Assembly (NCBI GenBank): GCA_044892525.1
Contig: CM097885.1
Span: forward strand, 236,594,001 to 236,658,000
Direction: 5' to 3'
DNA from: Schmidtea polychroa
Lineage: Eukaryota
Length of the DNA stretch: 64,000 nt
In this document: piece after piece, positions 26,043-40,246 of the stretch
Numbering within the stretch: the first letter of the stretch is position 1
How the letters are laid out: the number at the start of each line of letters is the position of its first letter
The notes under the pieces: generated by a model
What the model saw: the letters and a program-made list of their open reading frames with translations, nothing else
Told to the model about the DNA's origin: nothing
Databases searched by the model: none
Program-made: the position numbers and the translations under genes

Positions 26043-28270
26043 CGTAAAACATGTAATTCCATCGTTGTTTTAGTCCGATACCGATTACTTATTTCTTTTA
26101 AAATTTAAAAAAATACAACGGAAAATCGATTTAAAAAAATATTTTGCAAGTTCAAAAAAGTTAACTGAAAAGCGGTTTTAAAAAAAATTTAGCATATAGC
26201 ATGCTCTGAAATTTTTTTAAATTACGCAATAATTTTTAGTTTTATTTTAAAAGAATAAAGTCACATGCAGTAAAGTTTTAAAAGACTAAAGTAAATGTTA
26301 AAAAAGTTAAAAAATAAATAAACAGAAAGTGAAAAAAAAAATAAAATTTAATTAGTGCAGGGCTCAAATTTTTTTTATTTAAAGTATATATAATTTCGGT
26401 CGTACTTCCAGTATAATTTTTACATATATACAACACAGTAATTTAATTTATATTGGATTTTTCTACACCTATTATTAAATCTATTATATTCTATTAATTT
26501 TTACTTGAGGTAGCATAATGGCAGATAGAAAAAAATTATCTGGCGCACAAAATAGAAAACGTAAAGCTGAAAAGAAAAATGAAGAAAAAAAGCAAGAAGG
26601 TGCTTTTCTGAAATATATTTGTCGTCAACAATCACAAGATAAAAATCGAAATGAAATGACTCCGAGAAAACAAGTATACTGCAATTTGGAAGAGCAAATG
26701 GATAGGAACTCTACAACTAGAAATGCAGAGGTGCCTATTTTGACTGAGTTTCCACATACGAATGTGGAAGAAACTATAGAAGAAACTGAAGTTGAAACAA
26801 TTGAAGAAACTGTTGAAGAACCTATAGAAGAAATTGTATTAGAAACTATAGAAGACACTGAAGAAATTTTAATTAATGAAACTTTGGAAATATTAGAAAG
26901 CGTAAATTCGAGTCTTGATTATAGTGATCCGGCAACTTGGTTAAATTCACATGACTTACGTTCTGGCCGTTTGAGGCAAATTTTGGTTGAACACGGACCA
27001 GAACAAATTGAAGAATTTGATTTTCCTCAAAATGAGAGCCATAGAAAATTTTCAATGAATTTTTATAGAAGGAGACTTGCAAATGGAGAAGAAATGCGGC
27101 GTCATTGGCTACAGTATTCCAAAACAACTAATTCGGCTTTCTGCTTTTGTTGCAAAATTTTTAATAATAACCAGCGTGTAATACATCTCTCCGATAAAGG
27201 ATCAAGCGATTGGAAAAATATGTCTGTAATTTTAGAAAGACATGAGAAAAATAAGGATCATTTAATTAATTTTCAAACTTGGAAGGAGCTAGAATTGCGT
27301 TTAAAAAAGAATAAAACTATTGACCAGGATAATTTGCGTCTCATAAAACAAGAAGAGAGACACTGGCAACAAGTCTTAGAGCGTCTTATAGGTCTAGTTA
27401 AAGTGCTTGCTACGCAAAATATTGCATTTCGCGGAAGCAATGAAAAATTGTATTCTCCTGGAAATGGAAACTTCCTTAGCTTTGTAGAATATTTGGCCTC
27501 TTTTGATCCAATTATGGGTGAGCATCTTCGCAGAATAAAGAACAATGAAACACAAGTTCATTATTTGGGAAAAGATATTCAGAATGAGTTAATACAACTT
27601 TTATCTAAGAGTATTAAAACAAAAATTTTAAAATCGATTTCCATGGCTAAATATTTTTCAATAATCCTGGATTGCACACCAGACGTTAGCCATACTGAAC
27701 AAATGACGTTGATTATTCGTTTTGTCCATACAAATACAGAAAATTGTGATTTAGATCCCATATGCATAAGAGAACATTTTTTGGGATTTGTGAAACTAAC
27801 AGATACAACTGGTGCTGGTATGACCGATGAAATCGTTCAGATGTTAGCAGATATGTCATTACCTATTGAGAACTTGCGTGGCCAAGGATACGATAATGGT
27901 AGCAATATGAAAGGCAAAGAAAATGGCGTGCAACGGCGAATTCTGAATCTAAATCCACGAGCACTATTTGTTCCTTGTTCTGCGCATTCTTTGAATCTGG
28001 TTGTTAATGACGCTGTAAGCTGTTGTTTAGATGCTACATCATTTTTTATGTTAGTGCAACGAATATATGTCTATTTTGCCGCTTCAACACGTCGATGGGA
28101 ATTTTTGAAACGTCATGCTTCAAACTTGACAGTGAAGCCATTGAGCGATACAAGATGGGAGAGCCGAATCGATGCCCTTAAACCTCTACGCTATCAGCTA
28201 AGTAAAGTTATTGCTGCACTTATTGATATTTTTCAAGATACTTCTCAAACAAGGAATGACAGTTTAAACA
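25853..28270 (+). mobile_element. hAT (ZMYM1/TTF-zinc-finger type) transposon, 3'-truncated
   Basis: Terminus CAGGCCCGGTTTTAGGCATAGGCG; no right TIR found. Confidence 0.88.
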
Positions 28271-28305
28271 GTAAAATAGATCATAATATTACTCACTCAC
28301 CCTAG
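26518..28305 (+). CDS. hAT transposase, C-terminally truncated (runs into unrelated DNA)
   Basis: RHWLQYS..AFCFCC, IAFRG, GNF, LDCTPD..H.EQ, GQGYDNGSNMKG, C.AH.LNL, TRWESR; lacks the hATC domain. Confidence 0.9.
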   Translation: MADRKKLSGAQNRKRKAEKKNEEKKQEGAFLKYICRQQSQDKNRNEMTPRKQVYCNLEEQMDRNSTTRNAEVPILTEFPHTNVEETIEETEVETIEETVEEPIEEIVLETIEDTEEILINETLEILESVNSSLDYSDPATWLNSHDLRSGRLRQILVEHGPEQIEEFDFPQNESHRKFSMNFYRRRLANGEEMRRHWLQYSKTTNSAFCFCCKIFNNNQRVIHLSDKGSSDWKNMSVILERHEKNKDHLINFQTWKELELRLKKNKTIDQDNLRLIKQEERHWQQVLERLIGLVKVLATQNIAFRGSNEKLYSPGNGNFLSFVEYLASFDPIMGEHLRRIKNNETQVHYLGKDIQNELIQLLSKSIKTKILKSISMAKYFSIILDCTPDVSHTEQMTLIIRFVHTNTENCDLDPICIREHFLGFVKLTDTTGAGMTDEIVQMLADMSLPIENLRGQGYDNGSNMKGKENGVQRRILNLNPRALFVPCSAHSLNLVVNDAVSCCLDATSFFMLVQRIYVYFAASTRRWEFLKRHASNLTVKPLSDTRWESRIDALKPLRYQLSKVIAALIDIFQDTSQTRNDSLNSKIDHNITHSP

Positions 28306-28689
28306 TAATTGCCCCAATACTCTAATTGCAATGATTATAATGGTGATAATTCGGGGGTAAAGATTTTTATGTTCAGGGAATTTATAGTAGTGTGATTAAC
28401 AACTCCTTATCCTGACGGCAACCCTGATAATCTCAACACTAATGATTTTAATACTAATAATCCTGACAATAACAATGATGACAACAGTTATTGTGATAAA
28501 ATAAATTCTAGAATTAAAAGTTGTCGTGCTCATAGAGAAAATGTGGGTAAGGAAGACAATTTGCATTGAATGATAGAGCCATTAATTTTAATAATGATAA
28601 TAATCATGACAATAATCATAATAGTACGAATAAGCATGGTAATAGTAATCATAATAAAATTTATAATTATAATACTAACAACAATGATA

Positions 28690-28723
28690 GTAACAATAAT
28701 AATAGTAATAATAACAATAATAC

Positions 28724-28778
<55 letters not shown>
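28690..28778. repeat. (AAT)n microsatellite
   Basis: Direct inspection; explains the poly-N and poly-I ORFs. Confidence 0.95.
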
Positions 28779-28780
<2 letters not shown>

Positions 28781-29096
28781 CGGCAATATGTCTATTGACG
28801 GGGGACTACGGCCCATCAGCGCTGAATTTCGACGACAAGTACGGAAGAGGTGATGTGTAAAGGTCGAATCGGATAGTGTGTGTAGAGATAGTCGATGTGT
28901 AATGCTTGTATTAACTCCGTCGCGATTTTTCTACCTGGCAGTAGTATCGATTTTCGATTAGATAATTTCTTAGCGATTGTATCACGATTACTCCAAGTAG
29001 TTCGGTTGATGGTGAGGCTCACCACAGTCAGCTATATATGCACTTTATCGTCTGAAAATCAGGTGGGTTTTACCGCATCCTATTACAGGTCGATGA

Positions 29097-30013
29097 TACA
29101 CCAAACACCACTGAGATGCATTTCCTATAAAATAACAAAAAAATCAATAATCATACATTATAGAAACATGCATACTTACTTTGATTTCACGTTGATGTTC
29201 TCATTTATAGCTGAATAAGATACATCTTATATTATAGAAATCTGAAAAGTGGAAGGAAAATTAAAAAATGCACACAAGCACAACACATAATAAAAAACAC
29301 ATACAAACTTTTGATTCGTAAAATTGTAACGATGAGATACGTTTCTATAATAATTCTATTTTAGACAATTTTTAGAAAAAAAAGATCGTTGAAAATTTTT
29401 TAAATTATATTTTTAATGAAAATATCAAGAGCAGATGAATTTGGTTCAAAATCTTTTTACTCCAGATTTGATTTCCTTTAGGAATCCCTACATATTGAGC
29501 TCAGAAAAAAAATTACAAAAATTAAAAAAATTATTCTAATCAGCGATTTTCCCCAAAATGTTTTAAAAAAATACATTGATTGATTTATTTATTTAATTAA
29601 TTATAATTAAAAATATATCTGACTCACATTTTTTCGAAATAATTCCAAAATACTTTAATAAAAGACATAAAATTCCTAAAAAAGCCTGAAAATTAATTAA
29701 AAATAATTTATAATTATATTGTTGATTAAAAGTAATATTTAAGAACTTGAATAATGATCTCATATCCAAATGGATCAAAATTCAAGTCTTAAAATTTACT
29801 TTAAATTTAATATCTTACCTGAAAACCATTTCTAAAATGGCTAAAATAAATTTCATTTTGTAAAACATACGTAAAACAAATTACTGACAACTTTGCTCAA
29901 CAACAATTTATCATCAACATCAGTATAAAATTCATTAGTAAATTGGTGAGTGAGCAATCACTCTACACGCAAACCACCACTATAGAGAACGTATCTCAGT
30001 GGTGTTTGGTGTA
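29097..30013. mobile_element. Inverted-repeat-bounded insertion (possible TA-target MITE)
   Basis: TACACCAAACACCACTGAGAT at 29097 and its exact reverse complement ending at 30013; AT-rich interior within GC-richer flanks. Confidence 0.6.
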
Positions 30014-32569
30014 CAATCTACTGTAGTCTCCGATTTCATTGATCTTCAGAGATAGCCTCATCTAGATAATCATCAACAAGCTGCCGCTATGTGTTTACGG
30101 TTGCTGTCACTAGTCGCTGGAGAATTTAGACGCGCAGTGGTGAACCTTCACTGTAATTATCTCGACGTCAATCGTCGCTTGCTTATTTGTTTATGTAAAA
30201 TCTACAGAATTATTATCAGAAAAACGCGATCGGATTATCCATGTGATACGACGGGTAGATGAACAATTCGTTTATAATTCTCGATATTCGCTCGTTGGTG
30301 ATCAAATCGCTGGAAAGTACAACCTATGGCATTTACGAAGACGATGGACTATTCTACAGCGATTACCGGATCTATTACTCTGTAAGAGGAACCTATTTAG
30401 ATATAGAAATTTCCTAGCTTTTGGAATATTAGTCTATGTTCCGACGAAACTGTTCTCTATACTGTTAGATGAAAGCATGATTAGATGAACGTATCATCGC
30501 TGAGCCAGAGAACCTCTCAATCTTCCTTTCATAAATTAATTTTTTTACTCTGTCCAACCCTCGTGGCTAATCATCCAGCAGGGCGATCTGTGCCCTATCG
30601 ATACGAGTATCGACAGTTCCAGACGTCCTCCTGGCTAATCGGCTCACTTTCACCGTCAATAAATTCATTATAATGATTGAAATTAAATAAATATGCAATT
30701 AATACTACCAATTTCGATACGTGACACTCAATGCGTTCCGATGGCAACTCGTGGAGTATTTCCTGATACAAGAAAAAAAACCTACACTGCCGCTACCTCT
30801 GGATCAACGTCTGACTACTACCATTTCGCTTACGGTGTCTAGTTCTAACCCGTCGTTGGGCACTTCGTTTCTCGTTTCATGTCTTCCTTAATCTGGCCTA
30901 TTCATATCCACCTGACTCGTCGATTTCTTCCTCATCATGTTGTCTCTCTCATTGATACTGACCCTTTCCCTGACTGCCCTTCATTCTGACCTCCTTACCC
31001 TGTCCACTAATCGGTCATCAACTTTTCCCTCACCTCTCGTAGTTCACAATCTCTGAAGGACTGATATTGATCATTCTCTTCCCATTCCAAACCCAATTGA
31101 ACATTCAATTTTCACGAAAATGGCATCAAATTTCTCCGACTAAAATCTAAGCTTCTTCCCAATCTCCTAACACTCCTGCCTGTGCCGACTGACTTTCCCA
31201 TCTGTTGATCCCTCCATCCACCTAATCATCTTAGGCTTGCATTCTCCGGTTGCCGCATCACTGTACCTCATCATAATATATTGAACCCAAATGTTAATAG
31301 CAAATTCATACGATCGAAACTTTTATTTAAGTAATTAAATTGACTAAAGATGATTACAATCGATCCAAACATTCATATACCTTTCTTCAATGAGCATAAA
31401 AATCATAACATCACCTAAATGAATAACATAAGCCTAAAATCAAAATAAATGAGAACAACGAACCATAAAAATTCTTTAATTTGTAATTTATCCATATAAT
31501 AAACGCATTACTTAAAAATAATGTTATAAAACAAAATCAAACGCACCTGTTGAAATCGCTGGGTTGATAACTGAACGTGAACTGGATATAATGAATATAA
31601 GTCTCGATAGTAGTTTTAGTCGTCGGATCCTGCATATAGTTAGTAGATTGACGTGCTGTGGTACCTTAACGATGATTTTAGAAACTGACCAAATTAATTT
31701 TTCTTCTTACCTTAACGATGATTTTAGAAACTGACAAAATTTGTCAGTCTGTTTCCTTATATACCAAATTCTGTTCAATCAGAATTCAGTAAGTTGTAAT
31801 TTTATGATTTTATTCTTTTTCCTCTCTTTTTTATTATTTTTATATGTTTTCTTTACTTTTTTGTAACTTGGGTGGAATCTTTAAGGAAATTAAGGGATGT
31901 ACATTGATGTTTAAAAATTAAAAATATTTAATGAGAGATCGGTTGAGGTTGGAATTTATCATTTTAAGGAGATATAGTCTGTTGAATTAAATGAGGGATC
32001 GGTTAAGATGGGAACGTATGATCTTTTAAGGGGATATAGTCGATTGTATCTTTAAGGGGGGATATAGTCGGTTGGATTTAATGAATGTTCGGTTAAGATG
32101 GAATCTTTTGAATATTTAAATGGGTAATGTTGGTAAAATATCAATGTTTTAATGAAATTGCAATACATTAGTCAGTTATGAATCAATAATAATGTGAAAT
32201 TATATCGTTTTATTAGATTGTAATGAATGCACAGTAAATAAATTTCGATTTATGGTTTAGAACAATGTTTTAATTAGTAGGGATAATGATCGATTTACTT
32301 GGTTTTGACAATGAAATCTTTACAGATAATTGGGATTGACATCAACTTTATATTATTTTTATCTTTATGTAAATTTTATAGGCAAACAAAAGTTGAGAAA
32401 TATTGAGTTAAAACATCGACAACAACTAATGAAAATTGATCTTTATTGGAAGAAATTTATCGGGTGATTTTAATTAGTAATTAAATCGGTTAAATATCGA
32501 TAAAATATGATCATATATCTTATTGAATGGATAAATTTAATCTTTCAATGGGACCTAAGGGAATTCTAC

Positions 32570-33985
32570 AGTAATATTTATTTTAAATTCTGAGTGATTT
32601 AGAACAAAGGTTTTAATTATTCTTAATCATTTTTAATTATAACTGGTTTTATCAATAGATTTTATAAATTATTTAGGTTTAATGACCAAATTATTCATCA
32701 TGTTCGATAGGGAAATATGCATGATAATAGGAATTAAAGATATAATCATAGTCATTTAAAGGGATTTTAAGGAATTTTATTAGTTTGAGGGAAACATATA
32801 TCCTTTTAAAAGTATTTATCGATAAAATACTAATCTTTAAAGATAGAGTTATTTCAGCGAAATTTGATGATTTTAGTGAAATATTTGTAATAATATGAAT
32901 TAAGGGTAGAAATATAGTTATTTAAGGGATTTTAAGGAATCTTATTAGTTTGAGGAGAATATATGATCTTTAACAAGTACTTATCATTAAAATACCAATC
33001 TTTAAATATTGATATATTTAGGGGGAAATGATGATTTATTGGGGAATTCTCTTGGATATACTAATTACTATCATTTAAATGAATTTACTGGTTTATTAGA
33101 TGTTATCATTAGCTATCTAGTCTCTTTTGGAATTTAATGATAATTAGTTTTAGTATAGATTGATGACATTGATAATTGTAACGAATTCATACTGATTTTT
33201 TTTGAATATATTGAGCAATCAGTCAATTAAATGGAGTACATGTATTACTTTTAAAAAATAATTACAATTAATTTATTTCATTTAATTTATTAAATCTAAA
33301 TCAATAAATCTTTAATCAATTGTTACCAAGTTAAATTTTCTTAATTTTTCATCCAATTTTTTTTCAAGTGAAGAGGATTTTCTTTTAAAGATCAATTTGT
33401 TAGTGCATAGTTGTTGGTTGTAAGTGTTTAGTTGTTTGAGATTAAGTTGTTAGTACATGATAACTAGTTAATTGGTAGGTGAGGGTTGAGTGTGACCAAT
33501 ACCCTTACGACTAATACCATTACGACCAGTACCCTTATGACTAATACCCTTACGACTAGTACCCTTATGACTAATACCCTTAGGGGGTCAAAACATCCTG
33601 TCGGATAAACTCCGAGTATATATAATAAAGCGAATCGATAATAACTATTTATTGAATGCAATTTTTACATTGCAATAATAAGTCAGTAGTAATCAATTAA
33701 AAGAAGAATAAAAATTAGAATTCTATAGTCTTTCATTGTAATTTAAATTATCCTCAATTCCACGTGGTGTTTTAAAGTAGTTGTGAAATATATTGAGGAG
33801 TTGACAATTATTTATTTTTGATGAAATTCTATCATTTTTGTTAAATTTAGATATTTAGAAAAGCTTTTTCTACTGATTGTAATTAAAAATATTTTTGAAG
33901 ACTAATAAAAAAAATTAATTTAAAAAGCATTTCATAAAATACAATGAAGAATACTTAGTTGGTTGTAAGTAGTTAGTTGTAAGTT
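32570..33985. repeat. Diverged copy of positions 1-1850
   Basis: Colinear similarity including the 170-bp units (2 copies rather than 3), the 15-bp units and GGGGGTCAAAACATCCTGTCGGATAAACTC. Confidence 0.9.
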
Positions 33986-35259
33986 TTTGTAAGTCTCAGT
34001 TTTCTGTTTTATGTCATCGTAGTAAGTTGAATTGGATTTTAGTAATTTAATTCAAAATGTAATTTTATGTAAAGTATAATTTTGTAATGTCATGATTTAA
34101 TAAAATTTTAAATTCAATTTAGTTTAGTTAAATTTTTGTTTTGTTCTTTTTTATTGTTTATTTCGTCTTAGAATTTTTAGTAATTTTTAGTTAACATGAA
34201 TATTATTTGACTTGATTTTTATGAATTCTATGTTTTAAAGTCTTCAGATTGAACACATGTTCGTGAACTGTTGGTACTCGTGCAGATGGACAGCGGATGT
34301 TTCGACAGTCTGAAGCATCGTTTTAAATAGAGGTAACATAGGTCGGTCCGTCACCGTTATTTTGATAAATTTTATTGGGTTAGGAGCGGCGATAGAGTAG
34401 TTGAGATAGGTTGGAAGTAGATAAGGTTAATTTGGGTAATATTATAAAATCTACGAGTGATTAGGATGTCAAATAAGTCGGAATTCGAAATTAATTCGGA
34501 ATCCCTGCTCAAATATTTGAAAGATAAGGTGAATATTCGCAGGTATTGTATAGAATAATAGAATGACATTTATGAACTGGAAAATAAGGGCGGATTCCTG
34601 CGAAACATTTTTGGGAGATAACATTAGAAAGCATCTAGTAGGGAGGACCATAAATATATGAATCAACAAAAATAATCTAAGAAAGAAATAGAGAATGACG
34701 TAAGACCTTCTATCAGCAGTTTTAGCGATAGAGCTCACCTGCTCATGAATTTTCAACCATTGTGTTGGTATAAAGACAATAATCATGAAGGCGTTTAGGA
34801 AGAAGATCCATAAATACCCCTAACACATTTAAATATGACACACCCCTAAGCGAGCCAACATGATTTTTGGGGTCTCAGTCGGAATTTTTGTTTATAAATT
34901 GCTTTTGGTGGAAAACTATTACGAAATAATAAATTTTCGAGCTCAAAAATGGTAATTATTCGGTAAATTCTATTTTAACATCAAAAATGAAAAATCGTGT
35001 ATAAAAAAATGCTAAATTAAGAAAATTAGAAATTAAAATTAATTAAAGAAAAAATTATTTTAGAAATAAAAGTTAATTATGGTGAAAGGAAAATTAGGTA
35101 GAACAAACATTGGGAAACTTAATTAGAAATTATGTAAGAAATAAAATTAATTTGGGCAAAATGAAGAACTAAACTAGGGGTGGGGAACCTGCGGCCTCCC
35201 GGAGCTCCATGTGCGGCCTCAGCAGCCTTTTAGAAATAAATCTTAATTTATATAAAAAC

Positions 35260-35551
35260 TGTAAGGAGTTAGTAAATCTCTATATAAAATTATTATGGTT
35301 AAATGTAGAAGTGAGATCAGTTAGTAGAAATAATTATTTCTGTTAAATATTTATATTTAAATTCTATATTAAATTATATCGAATTATATTAAATTATATT
35401 AAATTAAATCAATTAAATTTATGACCAGTAATTACATTAATATTAATAATTATCACGCCTCGGTGTTTAAATATACTAGTAAACAGCACAATTTTGAAGT
35501 TGTTATAAAAATAAATGCTTGAAGAAGACTTGAATTTAATTGCGTCTAACA
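35260..35551 (+). repeat. 5' LTR of Gypsy 2
   Basis: About 8 differences from the 3' LTR, counted by eye. Confidence 0.95.
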
Positions 35552-36579
35552 TGGCGACCACGACCACGGATTTATTGATAAGCAGAAATTTCACAAAGGC
35601 GATGATTTAGAAAATTTTATCAAGGATTGTCAAAGGTTTTTTAGCGCGACAAAAACAACAATTAGGATGCAAGTAATATTAACTACAACATTACTTGACA
35701 GATCGCTAATGGAAGATTATGAAGCAGCCGAAGGGAAAACTATGGAAGAGAAACTTCGATGTGCATTTTCGAAACCGAAATCATTAATGGATGATCTAAA
35801 AGAAGCTTTGAGTTATGAGCAAGGATCAGATTCAGCCGAAACTTTTGTAGAGAAAATTAAAAAGATGACAAAGAAATTAATAGCGCACAAATGGGATGAA
35901 GAAGAAAGAGAAAAATGCCTGCTTACAAACTGTGTAAGTGATCGAGAAGTTAAAAAAAGAGATCGAGATGAAAGATTTGAAAACATCAGAAGAAATAAAA
36001 GCGACAATAAAGAAATTAGAAAAGGTAAACAAAATTATGGGCCATATAAATGTTGTGAAAACTTCACCGGTTGTTCAAAACTACAGAAGCTACAGAGATG
36101 TTGCTCAAAGAGGAATGGTAAACGGAAATAATAATTTCAAGCAGCGAAACGTCAGTAACCGACAATTGGAATGCTGGACATGCAAGAAAACTGGTCATGT
36201 TAGTCGAGAATGCCAAATGAAAAAGAAAATGACGTGTTTTGCATGCGGAGTTGAAGGCCACGTACGGCGAGAATGTTCAACGATTCAATGCCAGAGATGT
36301 CACTTACGTGGACATAAGGAGATTGACTGCTATACAAATTTGGAAAGAAGGAAGTTTCAAACTAATTCAAACATGAGAAACAATAATTATTATGCCCATC
36401 GAACCACAAGCTATCTACAAAAGATTAACAATCCAGGAAGAACAATTGCAGCAATTGAACCTAATGATGAGACAATGCCACTTGAGTATTCAGATGATGC
36501 AGAAGACAAATATGAGGATATTCAGCACCCAAAAGTACATGCTTCGACACGGGAGGCAATGATCGGAGCAATATACTAG
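35552..36579 (+). pseudogene. gag: gag with three CCHC knuckles, frameshifted
   Basis: CWTCKKTGHVSREC, CFACGVEGHVRREC, CQRCHLRGHKEIDC. Confidence 0.88.
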
Positions 36580-39500
36580 GTAATTTTGATATTGATATAA
36601 ATATTGGTCATAATAATTTTAATAATGTAAATAATCCTTATATATATAATAATGTAGAACCTTTATGTAATAAAATTTGTAATTTTAAAAAGTTTCCTTT
36701 AAATAATTTTAAATGTTATAGTTATTTTAATGCTGATCGATCTTTAATAAATAATAATAATAATCCTAAGAATCAAGAAGAGTATAATGAAATTAAAGAA
36801 GCAGAATATAATAATAAAATAGTAAATGAAAAAGTTTATAAATTTATTAAAAAGGCAGAAGATAAACTAGAGAGAAAGGAAATTGGGTGGATTAATGAAA
36901 TATCAGAGGAGCAAAATATTTTCACTAAAGATGAATGGAAACGACCGAAATTGAGTTATGACAAAATGCAAGGTAGACCGAATACAACTTTTGAAATTCA
37001 GGGTTATAGAATGGAATGCTTACTAGATACAGGAGCAAGAATTAATGTAATAGCAGAAGCAGTTGTGGACAAATTAGTGAATGTAAAAATCATAAAAACA
37101 GATGAGATGTTAAGATGTGCAAATGATAGTAAATTAGAGACAATCGGAAAAATATATATTGATGTTAGAATTGGTAATATGGAAAGAAAAATAACATTTA
37201 TAGTAGTTAAAAATATTGTTCCAGATATAATAGGCGGAGTGGAATTGCAGAAAGAGTTTAGAATGGAATTAAACTACATCAAGCAAAATGAAGAAGGATA
37301 TAATGAATTTGTGTGTGAAATAGAGGCTAGATTTGGGGAAAAGATTACAGATAACAAAAGATGTCAAAAAGCAATAGAAATTCTAAGATTAAACGAAAAT
37401 AAAAGACTGTTAGAGATTGTTAAAAACAATAAAAGTGTTTTTATGGCTAATAACTGGGATATCGGATGTACTGATTTAATTGCACATAAAATCATCACAA
37501 AAGAAGGGCCAATTATGATAAAACCCAGAAGACAACCCATCAATTTAGAGGAGAAAATAAATGCTGCTATAAAAAATTTAGAAAATAATGATATCATAAG
37601 AAGATGTAATTCACCTTGGAATACGCCGTTAATATGCGTGTGGAAAAAAGACAAAAAAGTATCAGACTTTGTTTAGATTTTATACAGCTTAATAAGATTA
37701 CTGAAAGACAAGCTTTTCCTATGCCGAATGTAGAAGAAATTCTAAATATATTACATGGATCTAAGTACTTTAGTTCTATAGACCTTGGGAACGCTTATTA
37801 TCAGGTGAAATTGGACATAGAATCGCAAGAAAAGACAGCATTTCTACTAAAGAAGGGCAATTTTGTTTTAATAGAATGCCTTTTGGCATTGCGGCGGCAC
37901 TGGGTACATTCCAAGAATTAATGACAAAAATATTGAAAGATCTATGGAAAGAAGGAGTAATGGTGTATTTAGACAATATTTTAATTTTTACAAAAACAAT
38001 TGAAGAACATTACAATGTGTTTGGAAAAGTTCTAGAGAAAATACGGGAAGCTAAATTGAGAATCAACCCAGAAAAATGTCAGTTATTAAAGAGCAAAGTA
38101 AAGTTTTTAGGGCACATTATTAACAGTCAAGGGATTCGGACAGATCAAAGTAAAATTGAGGCTATTAAATCATTTCAGAGGCCTAAGTGTATAAAGAATT
38201 TGAGAAGCTTTTTAGGTATATGTAACTATTATCGGAGATTTATTAAGGAATATGCAGCAAAATCAAGAGCGCCAGAAAGCATATGTGGAAGCAATAGTGA
38301 AAAAATAATCTGGACTGAGGAATGTGAGAAAGCTTTCGAAGAAATGAAAATGGCGTTGACTACAGCCCCAATTCTCGTATTTCCAGATTTCAAGAAAGAA
38401 TTCATATTAGATACAGACGCAAGCTTTGATACAATTGGAGCTGTATTATCACAAAGAGATGAAATGGGGCATGAACACGTTATTGCATATGGATCCCATG
38501 CAATGAGTAGCCATGAAAGAGGATATTGTATAACAAGAAAAGAGCTTTTGGCTATATATTATTTCTGTCGCCATTTCAACCATTATTTATACGGTAAACG
38601 GTTTGTTTTGCGCAACCATCATAAAGCAATAACTTTTATGTTAACGACAAAGAAGCCTATAACAGCACAGTTCCAAACGTGGATAAATTACTTGAGCAGT
38701 TTAGACATAAAAATGGAGTTTAGAAAAGGTACGGCGCATACGAATGCAGATATGCTGTCTAGAAATACATGCGGCAAATGTGTACAATGTTTGATGGACC
38801 ATGATAACCAAAATCAGGGCGATTAAAAACTAGATTATTAACATTGATGACCGAAAATAATAGAAATGAATGGCAAAGAGATAATGCAGAAATACAAGAT
38901 ATAAAAGATCAAATAATGAAAGGAAAAATAATAAATATATATTAAAAGGAAATATTATCTATACCAATCAAAACAAAATATAGATACCAGAAACAAAAAG
39001 ACGAGAAATAATTAAGGAAACACATTTATTATTATGCCAAAAAGAAAAAGTTATGAAATATATTAGGAACAATTTTGATATGGAAGATTTGCTAAATGAA
39101 GTAAAAGAGACTATTTCAATATGTGAAGCATGTCAGAAAAACAAAGTTTTAACTACAAAGTCAAAAGAAAAAACCCAAGTAATTCAAGCTTCAGAACCTA
39201 TGGAGAAAATATACATGGATATTTGCGGTCCATTAAGAGAAACCTTCAGAGGAGAAAAATATATTTGTGTAATAATCGATCATTACAGTAAATACATATC
39301 CTAACTCCTATTAGAAAGCAAGATGAAAATACAATAAAGGCAGTTTTGTTAAATAATTGGATATTGAAATTTGGAGCCCCTAAGGAACTACATGTTGATT
39401 GTGGAAAGAATTTCGAAGCAAATAGTATTAAAGAACTAGCAAAGGCAGCAGGAATTGAGTTGATATTTTCGAGTCCGTATCATCATAATACTAATGGTGT

Positions 39501-39950
39501 AATTGAAAGACAATTTCGTACTATAAGAGACTATATTAACGCGTCACTCAGAGAAGGAGTTAAAAAAAGCTGAACAGAATTAATACCTGATATAGAATAC
39601 GTTTTAAATGCGACAGCTCAAAAAACTACTGGAGTGAGTCCAGCAGAAATTATATTTGGAAGAAAGATTAATAGATCGCAATGGCATAGTAATAATGAAG
39701 TGGATAGAAATGAAATCATGCGGAAATTAGAGGCTAAAAGACAGCAAACGAAAGAAATTGGCACAACTAGGAACTTAGAAGTGGGGGACAAAGTATTGGT
39801 GAAACAAGAAATTAGAAACAAAGATCACGAGAGATATGAAGGACCATTCACAGTAATAAAACGAAATCATGAAAGAAGTTAATTGTTAACAGACGAAAAC
39901 GGGAGAAAAATAACGAGGAATATAGAAAAGTTAAAGGATTTTAAAGAAGG
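36528..39950 (+). pseudogene. pol: pol (PR, RT, RH, IN), disrupted
   Basis: LDTGA, MPFG, YLDN (degenerate YLDD), TDAS, NADMLSR, DICGP, IDHYSKY, VDCG, NGVIER, GPF; multiple frameshifts and stops. Confidence 0.93.
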
Positions 39951-39954
39951 GGGA

Positions 39955-40246
39955 TGTAAGGAGTTAGTAAATCTCTATATAAAATTATTATGGTTAAATG
40001 TAGAAGTGAAATCAGTTAGTAGAAATAATTATTTCTGTTAAATATTTATATTTAAATTCTATATTAAATTATATCATATTATATTAAATTATATTAAATT
40101 AAATCAATTAAATTTATGAACAGCAATTACAATAATATTAATAATTATCACGCCTCGGTGTTTAAATATACTAGTAAACGGCACAATTTTGAAGTTGTTA
40201 TAAAAATAAATGCTTGAAGAAGACTTGAATTTAGTTGCGTCTAACA
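39955..40246 (+). repeat. 3' LTR of Gypsy 2
   Basis: Direct repeat of 35260-35551. Confidence 0.95.

Larger units (their letters stand above)
35260..40246 (+). mobile_element. Full-length decayed Ty3/Gypsy LTR retrotransposon 2
   Basis: 292-bp TG..CA LTRs; PBS TGGCGACC at 35552; PPT AAAGAAGGGGGA before 39955; 5-bp TSD AAAAC. Confidence 0.97.

Noticed and set aside
28566..28860. Poly-Asn and poly-Ile ORFs
   Set aside because: (AAT)n microsatellite; no recognisable domain
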